Notes: a model not told the origin generated them from the sequence alone. DNA of 64,000 bases from Escherichia coli (GCF_017348835.2 NZ_CP071375.1); one strand, 5' to 3'; positions 45,078 to 58,245 are shown, counted from the stretch's first letter. Made by a program: numbers and translations.

Positions 45078-45104
45078 TCAAGTTCCTTGTTCTTCTACCG
45101 ATAT
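45078..45104 (+). promoter_or_regulatory. Candidate sigma-28 (FliA)-type promoter upstream of the FlxA-like ORF (TCAAGTTC-N11-ACCGATAT)
   Basis: Matches the class 3 flagellar promoter consensus TAAAGTTT-N11-GCCGATAA at 6/8 plus 6/8 positions with exact 11-bp spacing, about 30 bp upstream of the ATG. Confidence 0.45.
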
Positions 45105-45132
45105 TACCTCGTACAGTGACGAGGACTGAACA

Positions 45133-45474
45133 ATGGCCACTATCTCTTCAACTTCAATTCCTTCCATACAAACACAGAGTAGTAACAGGGCATCACAAGG
45201 TAGCGATGTTGCTTCACAAATCGCGCGGATAAGTCAGCAAATCATCAAACTCACTCAACAAATTAAAGAGATTGTAGACACTAGCGGCAGTGCTGAAGAC
45301 AAGCAAAAACAGGCCGAATTGATTCAACAGCAAATCACCCTACTGGAAACACAACTGGCGCAGTTGCAGAGACAGCAGGCAGAAAAGGCGCAGGAGAAAG
45401 AGCAGCGTTTGTCTCTGAATGTATCCCTTCTAAATCCTGTTGAAAATACGACTCATATCGATATCTATATCTGA
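45133..45474 (+). CDS. Small coiled-coil protein, FlxA-like family (113 aa)
   Basis: ATG preceded by GAGGA at about 8 nt; Ser/Thr/Gln-rich N-terminus, central Q/K/E-rich heptad coiled coil (…[35 protein letters not shown]…) and C-terminal …THIDIYI, resembling FlxA-type proteins. The 3' end overlaps the yfeR stop by 10 nt. Family assignment is from memory. Confidence 0.6.
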   Translation: MATISSTSIPSIQTQSSNRASQGSDVASQIARISQQIIKLTQQIKEIVDTSGSAEDKQKQAELIQQQITLLETQLAQLQRQQAEKAQEKEQRLSLNVSLLNPVENTTHIDIYI

Positions 45475-46391
45475 TACAACGGATCCCCTTCCCGCCCAGC
45501 CATTAGCGTATTGCCCTGGTCTCGTACCACGTCCCATAACGCTTCAGCGGCGGTGGAAAGTGAACGGTTTTTCCTGCGCACCAGCATCAACTGGCGTTCC
45601 ACCACCGGCGTAATGCGCTTTACCACCAGTGGGCTACCTTCAGGCAATGGTAGCGCCAGTGCGGGAAGAATACTGATGCCGATGCCTGCGGCTACCATCG
45701 GGAACAGCGTCGCCGGATGTCCAATCTCCTGCACAATATTCGCCTGAATACCATTGCGCGCCAGCGCTGCGTCAATCAGCGGTCGGCTGCCTGACGCGTA
45801 ATCCTGCAACACCAATTTCGCTCCCTGTAATGCCTGCCAGGGTACATAATCTTCCACGGCCAAAGCGCTATCGCGATGGCAAAGCAGAAAGAAAGGCTCG
45901 GAAAGAATCGCTTCACATTGCAGATCGCCCACTGGGCCTGGATCTATGACGATGCCAAAGTCGACATCTCCCTGGCGAATACTTTCAATCACCCACTGCT
46001 GCGGACGATCGTGCAGGACAAACTGAATATCTGGATAGCGGCGATGGCTTTCAGCAATGCATTGCGGAATAAGATGCGCGGAAATGGTCTGGCTGGCAGC
46101 GACCCGAACTTTTCCGCTCAGTTGTTGCCCCATACGCCCGGTATCGCGCAACGTGCTGTTAAGTTCATCCAGCAGTCGCTCAAGACGCAAAGCCAACTGC
46201 TGCCCTGCATCTGTAAGTACCACTTCACGCGTGGTTCTGTCCAGCAGGCGAACACCTGTATGATTTTCCAGCTCCTTCACACTGTGACTTACTGCCGACT
46301 GGCTCAGGCCGATACGCTCTCCTGCACGACTAAAACTTTTCTCCTGCGCTACTGTGACGAAAACCTTTAACTGTTTTAAAGAATAATTCAT
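45465..46391 (-). CDS. yfeR: LysR-family transcriptional regulator
   Basis: 308-aa ORF with an N-terminal LysR HTH ([38 protein letters not shown]); divergent from yfeH. Confidence 0.92.
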   Translation of the reverse strand: MNYSLKQLKVFVTVAQEKSFSRAGERIGLSQSAVSHSVKELENHTGVRLLDRTTREVVLTDAGQQLALRLERLLDELNSTLRDTGRMGQQLSGKVRVAASQTISAHLIPQCIAESHRRYPDIQFVLHDRPQQWVIESIRQGDVDFGIVIDPGPVGDLQCEAILSEPFFLLCHRDSALAVEDYVPWQALQGAKLVLQDYASGSRPLIDAALARNGIQANIVQEIGHPATLFPMVAAGIGISILPALALPLPEGSPLVVKRITPVVERQLMLVRRKNRSLSTAAEALWDVVRDQGNTLMAGREGDPLYQI

Positions 46392-46480
46392 CTGTTTTCT
46401 TCATGAATGGATGCAATAAATCAATTTTATTTCTCAAACTGGAAGAAGCACAATAGAACCATCGATCATCTGGAGTCTTT

Positions 46481-47479
46481 ATGAAACTTTTTCGTATCCT
46501 CGATCCTTTCACCTTAACCCTGATCACGGTGGTGTTGCTGGCCTCTTTCTTTCCGGCCAGAGGCGATTTCGTCCCCTTCTTTGAAAATCTGACCACCGCA
46601 GCTATTGCCCTGCTGTTCTTTATGCACGGCGCGAAGTTGTCGCGTGAGGCGATTATTGCTGGCGGTGGTCACTGGCGACTGCATTTGTGGGTAATGTGCA
46701 GCACCTTCGTGCTGTTTCCGATTCTGGGTGTACTGTTTGCCTGGTGGAAACCGGTAAATGTCGACCCGATGCTCTACTCCGGTTTTCTCTACTTGTGCAT
46801 TCTCCCGGCTACCGTGCAGTCTGCAATCGCCTTCACGTCAATGGCGGGCGGTAACGTCGCGGCGGCGGTTTGTTCTGCGTCGGCATCCAGCCTGCTGGGG
46901 ATTTTCCTTTCACCATTGCTGGTTGGCCTGGTGATGAATGTTCACGGTGCAGGGGGCAGCCTTGAGCAGGTCGGTAAAATTATGCTGCAACTGTTGCTGC
47001 CGTTTGTGTTGGGGCATCTTTCCCGGCCGTGGATTGGTGACTGGGTGTCGCGCAATAAAAAATGGATTGCGAAAACTGACCAGACGTCCATTCTGTTGGT
47101 GGTTTATACAGCGTTCAGCGAAGCCGTCGTTAATGGTATCTGGCATAAAGTTGGCTGGGGATCATTGCTGTTTATCGTGGTGGTCAGCTGCGTTCTTCTG
47201 GCTATCGTGATTGTAGTTAACGTCTTTATGGCACGCCGACTAGGCTTCAATAAAGCAGATGAAATTACTATCGTCTTTTGTGGTTCGAAAAAGAGTCTGG
47301 CAAATGGCATCCCGATGGCAAACATTCTGTTCCCCACATCGGTGATCGGTATGATGGTGCTGCCCCTGATGATTTTCCATCAGATCCAATTGATGGTCTG
47401 TGCGGTGCTGGCGCGGCGATACAAACGCCAGACCGAACAGTTACAGGCACAGCAGGAAAGCAGCACCGATAAAGCTTAA
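46481..47479 (+). CDS. yfeH: Bile acid:sodium symporter (BASS)-family membrane protein
   Basis: 332-aa polytopic membrane ORF. Confidence 0.9.
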   Translation: MKLFRILDPFTLTLITVVLLASFFPARGDFVPFFENLTTAAIALLFFMHGAKLSREAIIAGGGHWRLHLWVMCSTFVLFPILGVLFAWWKPVNVDPMLYSGFLYLCILPATVQSAIAFTSMAGGNVAAAVCSASASSLLGIFLSPLLVGLVMNVHGAGGSLEQVGKIMLQLLLPFVLGHLSRPWIGDWVSRNKKWIAKTDQTSILLVVYTAFSEAVVNGIWHKVGWGSLLFIVVVSCVLLAIVIVVNVFMARRLGFNKADEITIVFCGSKKSLANGIPMANILFPTSVIGMMVLPLMIFHQIQLMVCAVLARRYKRQTEQLQAQQESSTDKA

Positions 47480-47694
47480 AGCGGACGCTTCAGGGGCTGG
47501 ACCAGTTGCGTCAGCCCCTCGGTTTTAATCAGCAGCGTGATTTGCATTAGCTCACCGAGCTTCCCTGCCGGGAACTCATCTTTGCGGGCAAACCACAGCA
47601 GATACTCCTCCGGCAGGTCGATTAAGCGACGCCCTTTGTATTTGCCAAACGGCATTATCGTATTGGCTATTTCAATCAGCTGCTCTTTTTCCAT
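47476..47694 (-). CDS. ypeB: DUF3820-family small protein
   Basis: ORF 47476-47787 trimmed to the internal ATG (MEKEQLIEIANTIMPFGKYKG), 72 aa; lies immediately downstream of ligA in the same orientation. Confidence 0.8.
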   Translation of the reverse strand: MEKEQLIEIANTIMPFGKYKGRRLIDLPEEYLLWFARKDEFPAGKLGELMQITLLIKTEGLTQLVQPLKRPL

Positions 47695-47695
47695 C

Positions 47696-49720
<2,025 letters not shown>

Positions 49721-49781
49721 TCAATGCTAAAAACCCCCGACAAGCGGGGGTTCGAAGAGGAGTTAATTTGCCTTAAGTGTA

Positions 49782-50780
49782 TCAGGCGTTGGCGTCTTTG
49801 ACTTCGCGGATGATGTCCTGGTACTCGCGCAATTTCTGCGGAGTCATCATACGGCGCTGATCGTCAAGCACGACACCGCCCACTTCATCGGCAATATGCT
49901 GCGCAGATTGCAGCATCAGCTTGAAGTTCTGCAGCTCGTCACCGTAAGACGGTACCTGCATAAAGATAGTGACACCCGGAGTAGTGAAATCCTTCATTTC
50001 AGGATCAAAGGTTCCCGGTTTCACCATATTCGCCAGGCTGAATAACGCCGGGCCGCTGCCATCCGGGCTAAGATGACGATGGTAAATATTCATATCGCCA
50101 AAAATGAAGCCCGCTTGTTGAATGCTGTTAAGAAGCAGTTCACCGTTTAGCTCGCTACCGTGATGCGCCGCGACGTTCATGATAATCACCGCTTCTTTGC
50201 GCTTCGGTTTATCCATAACTGGAGCCGGTTCCGCTACAGGCTCAGGCTGTGGTGCCGCTACGGGTTCTGCAGGCTGGAAAGCCTGTTGTGCCGGTTGCGG
50301 TGCTGAATGCACTGGCTGCGGCGCTGGCGCGACCTGTGGCGAAACTGGCTGCTGCAACGGCTGTTCAGGCTGCGGCTGATAGGCAGGCTGCTGCACGGGT
50401 TGCTGCACCGGCTGCGCTGGACGCGGAGCATGTTGCGGCGGTACCTGCGCTTCAGGCGGCTGCTGGACCGGTTGACGCGGCTGCGCAGACGCATAAGGCG
50501 GTTGGTACTGGTGTTGCGGCGACGGACGAGCAGCCTCATGCTCCTGGGCATTAGCCGGGGCATGATTCACGCGGTGAACACGAACCTCACCAACGCCCTC
50601 ATCATCTTCGACATCCTCGTCATAAGAATCGTCGTCACGTTTTGACTTCATTCGTTTTAATGGCCGATCGCGGAACATAGAAGATCGTTCTTTACGGCTG
50701 GTCCAGAAACCATGTACCAGTAAAGCGATTATGGCGATCGCGCCAACAATGATTAATATCAGACGCAAATCCTGCATCAT
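49782..50780 (-). CDS. zipA: Cell division protein ZipA (FtsZ membrane anchor)
   Basis: ORF 49782-50831 trimmed to the internal ATG ([26 protein letters not shown]), about 332 aa; N-terminal TM, long P/Q-rich linker and C-terminal FtsZ-binding domain. Confidence 0.92.
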
Positions 50781-51009
50781 TATATTCTCTGTTGTTCTAA
50801 CACCTTGCCACCACGGCAAACATTTACTCACTAAGAGTATTTGCCGATTACCTCAAGTGCAAGTGCACTATTAACTTTCACAGCACAAAGATAGATGAAA
50901 TCGTGCTTTTTGCTGTTTTTTCGAACATATCCTAACTGTCCATTGCGCAATTACCCGGTAAAATACGCACAATTTTCCTGGGATTGGTCAAAAGGAGCTC
51001 ATCCTGATT

Positions 51010-51771
51010 ATGGTTTCATCATTCACATCTGCCCCACGCAGCGGTTTTTACTATTTTGCGCAAGGCTGGAAGCTCGTCTCGCAACCTGGGATTCGGCGTT
51101 TCGTTATTTTACCGCTGCTGGTCAATATTTTGTTGATGGGGGGCGCATTCTGGTGGCTCTTTACGCAACTCGATGTCTGGATCCCGACTCTCATGAGTTA
51201 TGTTCCGGACTGGTTACAATGGCTGAGCTATCTGTTGTGGCCTCTGGCTGTCATCTCTGTGCTGTTAGTGTTTGGCTATTTCTTCTCCACGATTGCTAAC
51301 TGGATTGCCGCTCCGTTTAACGGTTTATTGGCTGAACAACTGGAAGCACGATTGACTGGCGCTACACCGCCAGATACCGGGATTTTCGGTATCATGAAAG
51401 ATGTGCCGCGAATCATGAAACGCGAATGGCAAAAATTTGCCTGGTATCTGCCGCGCGCAATTGTATTACTAATTCTTTACTTCATCCCTGGTATTGGGCA
51501 AACCGTCGCGCCGGTACTGTGGTTCCTGTTTAGCGCCTGGATGTTAGCCATCCAGTATTGCGATTACCCCTTCGATAACCACAAAGTGCCGTTTAAAGAG
51601 ATGCGCACCGCCCTGCGCACACGCAAAATCACCAATATGCAGTTTGGTGCTTTAACCAGCCTGTTTACGATGATCCCGCTGCTTAATCTGTTCATCATGC
51701 CCGTTGCCGTTTGTGGCGCGACGGCGATGTGGGTCGATTGCTATCGCGATAAACACGCGATGTGGCGGTAA
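51010..51771 (+). CDS. cysZ: Sulfate transporter CysZ
   Basis: 253-aa membrane ORF starting [20 protein letters not shown]. Confidence 0.93.
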
Positions 51772-51955
51772 CAATCTACCGGTTATTTTGTAAACCGTTT
51801 GTGTGAAACAGGGGTGGCTTATGCCGCCCCTTATTCCATCTTGCATGTCATTATTTCCCTTCTGTATATAGATATGCTAAATCCTTACTTCCGCATATTC
51901 TCTGAGCGGGTATGCTACCTGTTGTATCCCAATTTCATACAGTTAAGGACAGGCC

Positions 51956-52927
51956 ATGAGTAAGATTTTTGAAGATAACTCGCTGACTATCGGTCACACG
52001 CCGCTGGTTCGCCTGAATCGCATCGGTAACGGACGCATTCTGGCGAAGGTGGAATCTCGTAACCCCAGCTTCAGCGTTAAGTGCCGTATCGGTGCCAACA
52101 TGATTTGGGATGCCGAAAAGCGCGGCGTGCTGAAACCAGGCGTTGAACTGGTTGAACCGACCAGCGGTAATACCGGGATTGCACTGGCCTATGTAGCTGC
52201 CGCTCGCGGTTACAAACTCACCCTGACCATGCCAGAAACCATGAGTATTGAACGCCGCAAGCTGCTGAAAGCGTTAGGTGCAAACCTGGTGCTGACCGAA
52301 GGTGCTAAAGGCATGAAAGGCGCAATCCAAAAAGCAGAAGAAATTGTCGCCAGCAATCCAGAGAAATACCTGCTGCTGCAACAATTCAGCAATCCGGCAA
52401 ACCCTGAAATTCACGAAAAAACCACCGGTCCGGAGATCTGGGAAGATACCGACGGTCAGGTTGATGTATTTATTGCTGGCGTTGGGACTGGCGGTACGCT
52501 GACCGGCGTCAGCCGCTACATTAAAGGCACCAAAGGCAAGACCGATCTTATCTCTGTCGCCGTTGAGCCAACCGATTCTCCAGTTATCGCCCAGGCGCTG
52601 GCAGGTGAAGAGATTAAACCTGGCCCGCATAAAATTCAGGGTATTGGCGCTGGTTTTATCCCGGCTAACCTCGATCTCAAGCTGATCGATAAAGTCATTG
52701 GCATTACCAATGAAGAAGCCATTTCTACCGCGCGTCGTCTGATGGAAGAAGAAGGTATTCTTGCAGGTATCTCTTCTGGAGCAGCTGTTGCTGCGGCGTT
52801 GAAACTACAAGAAGATGAAAGCTTTACCAACAAGAATATTGTGGTTATTCTACCGTCATCGGGTGAGCGTTATTTAAGCACCGCATTGTTTGCCGATCTC
52901 TTCACTGAGAAAGAACTGCAACAGTAA
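51956..52927 (+). CDS. cysK: Cysteine synthase A (O-acetylserine sulfhydrylase A)
   Basis: 323-aa ORF with the PLP-lysine region (…[11 protein letters not shown]…). Confidence 0.95.
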   Translation: MSKIFEDNSLTIGHTPLVRLNRIGNGRILAKVESRNPSFSVKCRIGANMIWDAEKRGVLKPGVELVEPTSGNTGIALAYVAAARGYKLTLTMPETMSIERRKLLKALGANLVLTEGAKGMKGAIQKAEEIVASNPEKYLLLQQFSNPANPEIHEKTTGPEIWEDTDGQVDVFIAGVGTGGTLTGVSRYIKGTKGKTDLISVAVEPTDSPVIAQALAGEEIKPGPHKIQGIGAGFIPANLDLKLIDKVIGITNEEAISTARRLMEEEGILAGISSGAAVAAALKLQEDESFTNKNIVVILPSSGERYLSTALFADLFTEKELQQ

Positions 52928-52950
52928 TGCCAGCTTGTTAAAAATGCGTA

Positions 52951-52978
52951 AAAAAGCACCTTTTTAGGTGCTTTTTTG
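52951..52978 (+). terminator. Intrinsic terminator after cysK
   Basis: AAAAAGCACC-ttttta-GGTGCTTTTTTG hairpin. Confidence 0.85.
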
Positions 52979-53046
52979 TGGCCTGCTTCAAACTTTCGCC
53001 CCTCCTGGCATTGATTCAGCCTGTCGGAACTGGTATTTAACCAGAC

Positions 53047-53072
53047 TAATTATTTTGATGCGCGAAATTAAT
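53047..53072. promoter_or_regulatory. ptsH upstream promoter region with Mlc/NagC-type AT-rich palindrome (TAATTATTTTGATGCGCGAAATTAAT)
   Basis: Imperfect TTATTTT…AAATTAA inverted repeat about 250 bp upstream of ptsH; resembles the reported Mlc operator at ptsH P0 (from memory). Confidence 0.45.
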
Positions 53073-53310
53073 CGTTACAGGAAAAGCCAAAGCTGAATCG
53101 ATTTTATGATTTGGTTCAATTCTTCCTTTAGCGGCATAATGTTTAATGACGTACGAAACGTCAGCGGTCAACACCCGCCAGCAATGGACTGTATTGCGCT
53201 CTTCGTGCGTCGCGTCTGTTAAAAACTGGCGCTAACAATACAGGCTAAAGTCGAACCGCCAGGCTAGACTTTAGTTCCACAACACTAAACCTATAAGTTG
53301 GGGAAATACA

Positions 53311-53568
53311 ATGTTCCAGCAAGAAGTTACCATTACCGCTCCGAACGGTCTGCACACCCGCCCTGCTGCCCAGTTTGTAAAAGAAGCTAAGGGCTTCACT
53401 TCTGAAATTACTGTGACTTCCAACGGCAAAAGCGCCAGCGCGAAAAGCCTGTTTAAACTGCAGACTCTGGGCCTGACTCAAGGTACCGTTGTGACTATCT
53501 CCGCAGAAGGCGAAGACGAGCAGAAAGCGGTTGAACATCTGGTTAAACTGATGGCGGAACTCGAGTAA
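53311..53568 (+). CDS. ptsH: Phosphocarrier protein HPr
   Basis: 85-aa ORF starting [23 protein letters not shown] (His15 region). Confidence 0.97.
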
Positions 53569-53612
53569 TTTCCCGGGTTCTTTTAAAAATCAGTCACAAG
53601 TAAGGTAGGGTT

Positions 53613-55340
53613 ATGATTTCAGGCATTTTAGCATCCCCGGGTATCGCTTTCGGTAAAGCTCTGCTTCTGAAAGAAGACGAAATTGTCATTGACCGGAAAA
53701 AAATTTCTGCCGACCAGGTTGATCAGGAAGTTGAACGTTTTCTGAGCGGTCGTGCCAAGGCATCAGCCCAGCTGGAAACGATCAAAACGAAAGCTGGTGA
53801 AACGTTCGGTGAAGAAAAAGAAGCCATCTTTGAAGGGCATATTATGCTGCTCGAAGATGAGGAGCTGGAGCAGGAAATCATAGCCCTGATTAAAGATAAG
53901 CACATGACAGCTGACGCAGCTGCTCATGAAGTTATCGAAGGTCAGGCTTCTGCCCTGGAAGAGCTGGATGATGAATACCTGAAAGAACGTGCGGCTGACG
54001 TACGTGATATCGGTAAGCGCCTGCTGCGCAACATCCTGGGCCTGAAGATTATCGACCTGAGCGCCATTCAGGATGAAGTCATTCTGGTTGCCGCTGACCT
54101 GACGCCGTCCGAAACCGCACAGCTGAACCTGAAGAAGGTGCTGGGTTTCATCACCGACGCGGGTGGCCGTACTTCCCACACCTCTATCATGGCGCGTTCT
54201 CTGGAACTACCTGCTATCGTGGGTACCGGTAGCGTCACCTCTCAGGTGAAAAATGACGACTATCTGATTCTGGATGCCGTAAATAATCAGGTTTACGTCA
54301 ATCCAACCAACGAAGTTATTGATAAAATGCGCGCTGTTCAGGAGCAAGTGGCTTCTGAAAAAGCAGAGCTTGCTAAACTGAAAGATCTGCCAGCTATTAC
54401 GCTGGACGGTCACCAGGTAGAAGTATGCGCTAACATTGGTACGGTTCGTGACGTTGAAGGTGCAGAGCGTAACGGCGCTGAAGGCGTTGGTCTGTATCGT
54501 ACTGAGTTCCTGTTCATGGACCGCGACGCGCTGCCCACTGAAGAAGAACAGTTTGCTGCTTACAAAGCAGTGGCTGAAGCGTGTGGCTCGCAGGCGGTTA
54601 TCGTTCGTACCATGGACATCGGCGGCGACAAAGAGCTGCCATACATGAACTTCCCGAAAGAAGAGAACCCGTTCCTCGGCTGGCGCGCTATCCGTATCGC
54701 AATGGATCGTAAAGAGATCCTGCGCGATCAGCTCCGCGCTATCCTGCGTGCCTCGGCTTTCGGTAAATTGCGCATTATGTTCCCGATGATCATCTCTGTT
54801 GAAGAAGTGCGTGCACTGCGCAAAGAGATCGAAATCTACAAACAGGAACTGCGCGACGAAGGTAAAGCGTTTGACGAGTCAATTGAAATCGGCGTAATGG
54901 TGGAAACACCGGCTGCCGCAACAATTGCACGTCATTTAGCCAAAGAAGTTGATTTCTTTAGTATCGGCACCAATGATTTAACGCAGTACACTCTGGCAGT
55001 TGACCGTGGTAATGATATGATTTCACACCTTTACCAGCCAATGTCACCGTCCGTGCTGAACTTGATCAAGCAAGTTATTGATGCTTCTCATGCTGAAGGC
55101 AAATGGACTGGCATGTGTGGTGAGCTTGCTGGCGATGAACGTGCTACACTTCTGTTGCTGGGGATGGGTCTGGACGAATTCTCTATGAGCGCCATTTCTA
55201 TCCCGCGCATTAAGAAGATTATCCGTAACACGAACTTCGAAGATGCGAAGGTGTTAGCAGAGCAGGCTCTTGCTCAACCGACAACGGACGAGTTAATGAC
55301 GCTGGTTAACAAGTTCATTGAAGAAAAAACAATCTGCTAA
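53613..55340 (+). CDS. ptsI: PTS Enzyme I
   Basis: 575-aa ORF with phosphohistidine region (…[15 protein letters not shown]…). Confidence 0.97.
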   Translation: MISGILASPGIAFGKALLLKEDEIVIDRKKISADQVDQEVERFLSGRAKASAQLETIKTKAGETFGEEKEAIFEGHIMLLEDEELEQEIIALIKDKHMTADAAAHEVIEGQASALEELDDEYLKERAADVRDIGKRLLRNILGLKIIDLSAIQDEVILVAADLTPSETAQLNLKKVLGFITDAGGRTSHTSIMARSLELPAIVGTGSVTSQVKNDDYLILDAVNNQVYVNPTNEVIDKMRAVQEQVASEKAELAKLKDLPAITLDGHQVEVCANIGTVRDVEGAERNGAEGVGLYRTEFLFMDRDALPTEEEQFAAYKAVAEACGSQAVIVRTMDIGGDKELPYMNFPKEENPFLGWRAIRIAMDRKEILRDQLRAILRASAFGKLRIMFPMIISVEEVRALRKEIEIYKQELRDEGKAFDESIEIGVMVETPAAATIARHLAKEVDFFSIGTNDLTQYTLAVDRGNDMISHLYQPMSPSVLNLIKQVIDASHAEGKWTGMCGELAGDERATLLLLGMGLDEFSMSAISIPRIKKIIRNTNFEDAKVLAEQALAQPTTDELMTLVNKFIEEKTIC

Positions 55341-55380
55341 TCCACGAGATGCGGCCCAATTTACTGCTTAGGAGAAGATC

Positions 55381-55890
55381 ATGGGTTTGTTCGATAAACT
55401 GAAATCTCTGGTTTCCGACGACAAGAAGGATACCGGAACTATTGAGATCATTGCTCCGCTCTCTGGCGAGATCGTCAATATCGAAGACGTGCCGGATGTC
55501 GTTTTTGCGGAAAAAATCGTTGGTGATGGTATTGCTATCAAACCAACGGGTAACAAAATGGTCGCGCCTGTAGACGGTACCATTGGTAAAATCTTTGAAA
55601 CCAACCACGCATTCTCTATCGAATCTGATAGCGGCGTTGAACTGTTCGTCCACTTCGGTATCGACACCGTTGAACTGAAAGGCGAAGGCTTCAAGCGTAT
55701 TGCTGAAGAAGGTCAGCGCGTGAAAGTTGGCGATACTGTCATTGAATTTGATCTGCCGCTGCTGGAAGAGAAAGCCAAGTCTACCCTGACTCCGGTTGTT
55801 ATCTCCAACATGGACGAAATCAAAGAACTGATCAAACTGTCCGGTAGCGTAACCGTGGGTGAAACCCCGGTTATCCGCATCAAGAAGTAA
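55381..55890 (+). CDS. crr: Glucose-specific PTS EIIA
   Basis: 169-aa ORF starting [39 protein letters not shown]. Confidence 0.97.
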
Positions 55891-55904
55891 TTCTTGCCGC
55901 AGTG

Positions 55905-55936
55905 AAAAATGGCGCCCATCGGCGCCATTTTTTTAT
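55905..55936. terminator. Bidirectional intrinsic terminator between crr and pdxK
   Basis: AAAAATGGCGCC-catc-GGCGCCATTTTTTT hairpin; overlaps the pdxK stop. Confidence 0.85.
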
Positions 55937-56784
55937 GCTTCCGCCAGCGGCGGCAAAATCAATTCATCGCTCTCATGCTGCTGGGTGTAGCGCATCACTT
56001 CCAGTACGCGCAACCCCGCTCGGTGCACTGCATCGGTTAACGCCTTCCCTTTCAGCAAACCACTGATAAGCTGAGCACAAAACAGGTCGCCAGTCCCTTT
56101 CAGGTCGGTTTTTACCCGTGAATGGGAAATGACATTCACGCTGTCGGCAGTGACCACCACCACCTGCATCTCCTGATTTTCTTCATTACCGGAGGCGCTG
56201 GTAATCACCACCCATTTTAATGTGTCTGAAAGCAGACTTTTTGCGGCAGCAATGGCACTGTCGAGATCGCGGCAATTTTTACCGGTCAGGATTTCCAGCT
56301 CAAAGATATTGGGGGTAATTCCCTGCGCTAGTGGCAGTAAATATTGTCGATACGCCTCGGGAAGGTCAGGTTTGACATAAATTCCGCTATCAATATCGCC
56401 AATCACCGGATCGACCATGATCAATAGGTCAGGATGGTCTTTGCGTAGCGCAGTCAGCCACTCGGCAAGGATTTTGATTTGCGATGCCGTTCCCATATAG
56501 CCCGTGGTTACAGCTCGAAGTTGGCGCAGCGCATCACGCTCCTGAAGCGCACGCAAATAGCCGCTAAACCATTCGTCCGGAATCGCACCACCGTAGAAAG
56601 TGTCATAATGCGGCGTATTGCTCAGCAATACCGTCGGCACGGCAAAGACATTCAGACCGTTCTGTTTGATAGCAGGCACCGCAATGCTGTTGCCTACGCT
56701 GCCGTACACTACCTGCGACTGCACGGCGACGATATCCGCCTGCAGTGCCCTGCTCTTATCGTTAAACAACAACAAACTACTCAT
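55933..56784 (-). CDS. pdxK: Pyridoxal/pyridoxine/pyridoxamine kinase
   Basis: 283-aa ORF of the PfkB-like pyridoxal kinase family. Confidence 0.93.
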   Translation of the reverse strand: MSSLLLFNDKSRALQADIVAVQSQVVYGSVGNSIAVPAIKQNGLNVFAVPTVLLSNTPHYDTFYGGAIPDEWFSGYLRALQERDALRQLRAVTTGYMGTASQIKILAEWLTALRKDHPDLLIMVDPVIGDIDSGIYVKPDLPEAYRQYLLPLAQGITPNIFELEILTGKNCRDLDSAIAAAKSLLSDTLKWVVITSASGNEENQEMQVVVVTADSVNVISHSRVKTDLKGTGDLFCAQLISGLLKGKALTDAVHRAGLRVLEVMRYTQQHESDELILPPLAEA

Positions 56785-56797
56785 TTAATTTTTTCTC

Positions 56798-56863
<66 letters not shown>

Positions 56864-56888
56864 CACAAAACAAGGATAAGGTAATTCA

Positions 56889-57257
56889 ATGAAGAAAATC
56901 ATTTGTCTGGTCATTACACTACTAATGACACTCCCCGCTTACGCGAAGTTAACTGCCCATGAAGAAGCCCGCATCAACGCCATGCTGGAGGGATTAGCAC
57001 AGAAAAAGGATTTGATATTTGTGCGCAACGGTGATGAACATACCTGCGATGAAGCGGTTTCTCATCTGCGTCTGAAGCTCGGCAATACCCGTAACCGCAT
57101 TAACACTGCCGAGCAGTTTATTGATAAGGTTGCTTCGTCATCATCGATTACCGGGAAGCCGTATATCGTGAAGATGCCCGGTAAGAGCGATGAGAATGCA
57201 CAGCCTTTTTTACATGCGTTAATTGCGCAGACGGATAAAACGGTGCCTGCGCAATAA
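56889..57257 (+). CDS. yfeK: Small secreted protein of unknown function
   Basis: 122-aa ORF with signal peptide ([19 protein letters not shown]). Confidence 0.85.
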   Translation: MKKIICLVITLLMTLPAYAKLTAHEEARINAMLEGLAQKKDLIFVRNGDEHTCDEAVSHLRLKLGNTRNRINTAEQFIDKVASSSSITGKPYIVKMPGKSDENAQPFLHALIAQTDKTVPAQ

Positions 57258-57259
57258 TC

Positions 57260-58171
57260 TTAAATCCCCGCCCCCTGACTAAAATGCTCTTCCCCAAACA
57301 CCCCGGTGGAAAGGTAGCGATCGCCACGATCGCAGATGATCGCTACCACCACCGCACCAGGGTTAGCTTTTGCCACCCGCAGTGCTCCAGCAACCGCGCC
57401 GCCGGAGCTGACGCCACAGAATATTCCTTCCCGCACTGCCAGTTCGCGCATGGTGTTTTCCGCATCGCGCTGATGAATATCCAGCACCTCATCCATCAGC
57501 GAAGCGTTGAAAATCCCCGGCAGATATTCCGCAGGCCAGCGGCGAATGCCGGGAATGCTGCTGCCCTCTTCCGGTTGCAGGCCGACAATGGTCACCGGTT
57601 TGGATTGTTCGCGCATAAAGCGTGACACGCCGGTGATAGTGCCGGTTGTTCCCATGCTGGAGACAAAATGGGTAATGCGCCCGCCAGTTTGCTGCCAGAT
57701 TTCCGGCCCGGTAGTGGTGTAATGGGCGTAAGGGTTATCGGGATTATTGAACTGATCGAGCAGCTTTCCTTCACCACGATTCGCCATCTCCAGCGCCAGA
57801 TCGCGCGCACCTTCCATGCCCTGCTCTTTGGTGACAAGAATCAGTTCCGCACCATAAGCACGCATCGCCGCACGGCGTTCCTGGCTCATGTTGTCGGGCA
57901 TCAGCAATTTCATGCGATAGCCTTTAAGCGCGGCAATCATTGCCAGCGCAATGCCGGTGTTACCACTGGTGGCTTCGATTAACACATCACCCGGTTTAAT
58001 TTCCCCGCGCTTTTCCGCCTCGACGATCATCGAAAGCGCCGCACGATCTTTTACCGAACCTGCCGGGTTATTGCCTTCCAGTTTCAACCACACTTCACTG
58101 CCGTTATTCGGCCCCATTCGCTGCAACTTCACCAGAGGTGTATTGCCAATTGTTTGTTCTAATGTACTCAC
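57260..58171 (-). CDS. cysM: Cysteine synthase B (O-acetylserine sulfhydrylase B)
   Basis: ORF 57260-58249 trimmed to the GTG giving (M)STLEQTIGNTPLVKLQRM, 303 aa; PLP-lysine region (…NPAGSVKDRAA…). Confidence 0.93.
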   Translation of the reverse strand: MSTLEQTIGNTPLVKLQRMGPNNGSEVWLKLEGNNPAGSVKDRAALSMIVEAEKRGEIKPGDVLIEATSGNTGIALAMIAALKGYRMKLLMPDNMSQERRAAMRAYGAELILVTKEQGMEGARDLALEMANRGEGKLLDQFNNPDNPYAHYTTTGPEIWQQTGGRITHFVSSMGTTGTITGVSRFMREQSKPVTIVGLQPEEGSSIPGIRRWPAEYLPGIFNASLMDEVLDIHQRDAENTMRELAVREGIFCGVSSGGAVAGALRVAKANPGAVVVAIICDRGDRYLSTGVFGEEHFSQGAGI

Positions 58172-58179
58172 GATCTCTA

Positions 58180-58245
58180 TCCATACGTGGTGTTGCCTGA
58201 TGCGACGCTTGCGCGTCTTATCAGGCCTACAGGTTACAAACCTTG
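58180..58245. repeat. REP element between cysA and cysM
   Basis: GCCTGATGCGACGCTTGCGCGTCTTATCAGGCCTAC palindromic unit. Confidence 0.8.

Noticed and set aside
50179-50645. Several 66-112-aa ORFs in both orientations across the zipA linker
   Set aside because: Artefacts of the repetitive GC-rich P/Q-linker coding sequence, which lacks stop codons in multiple frames.
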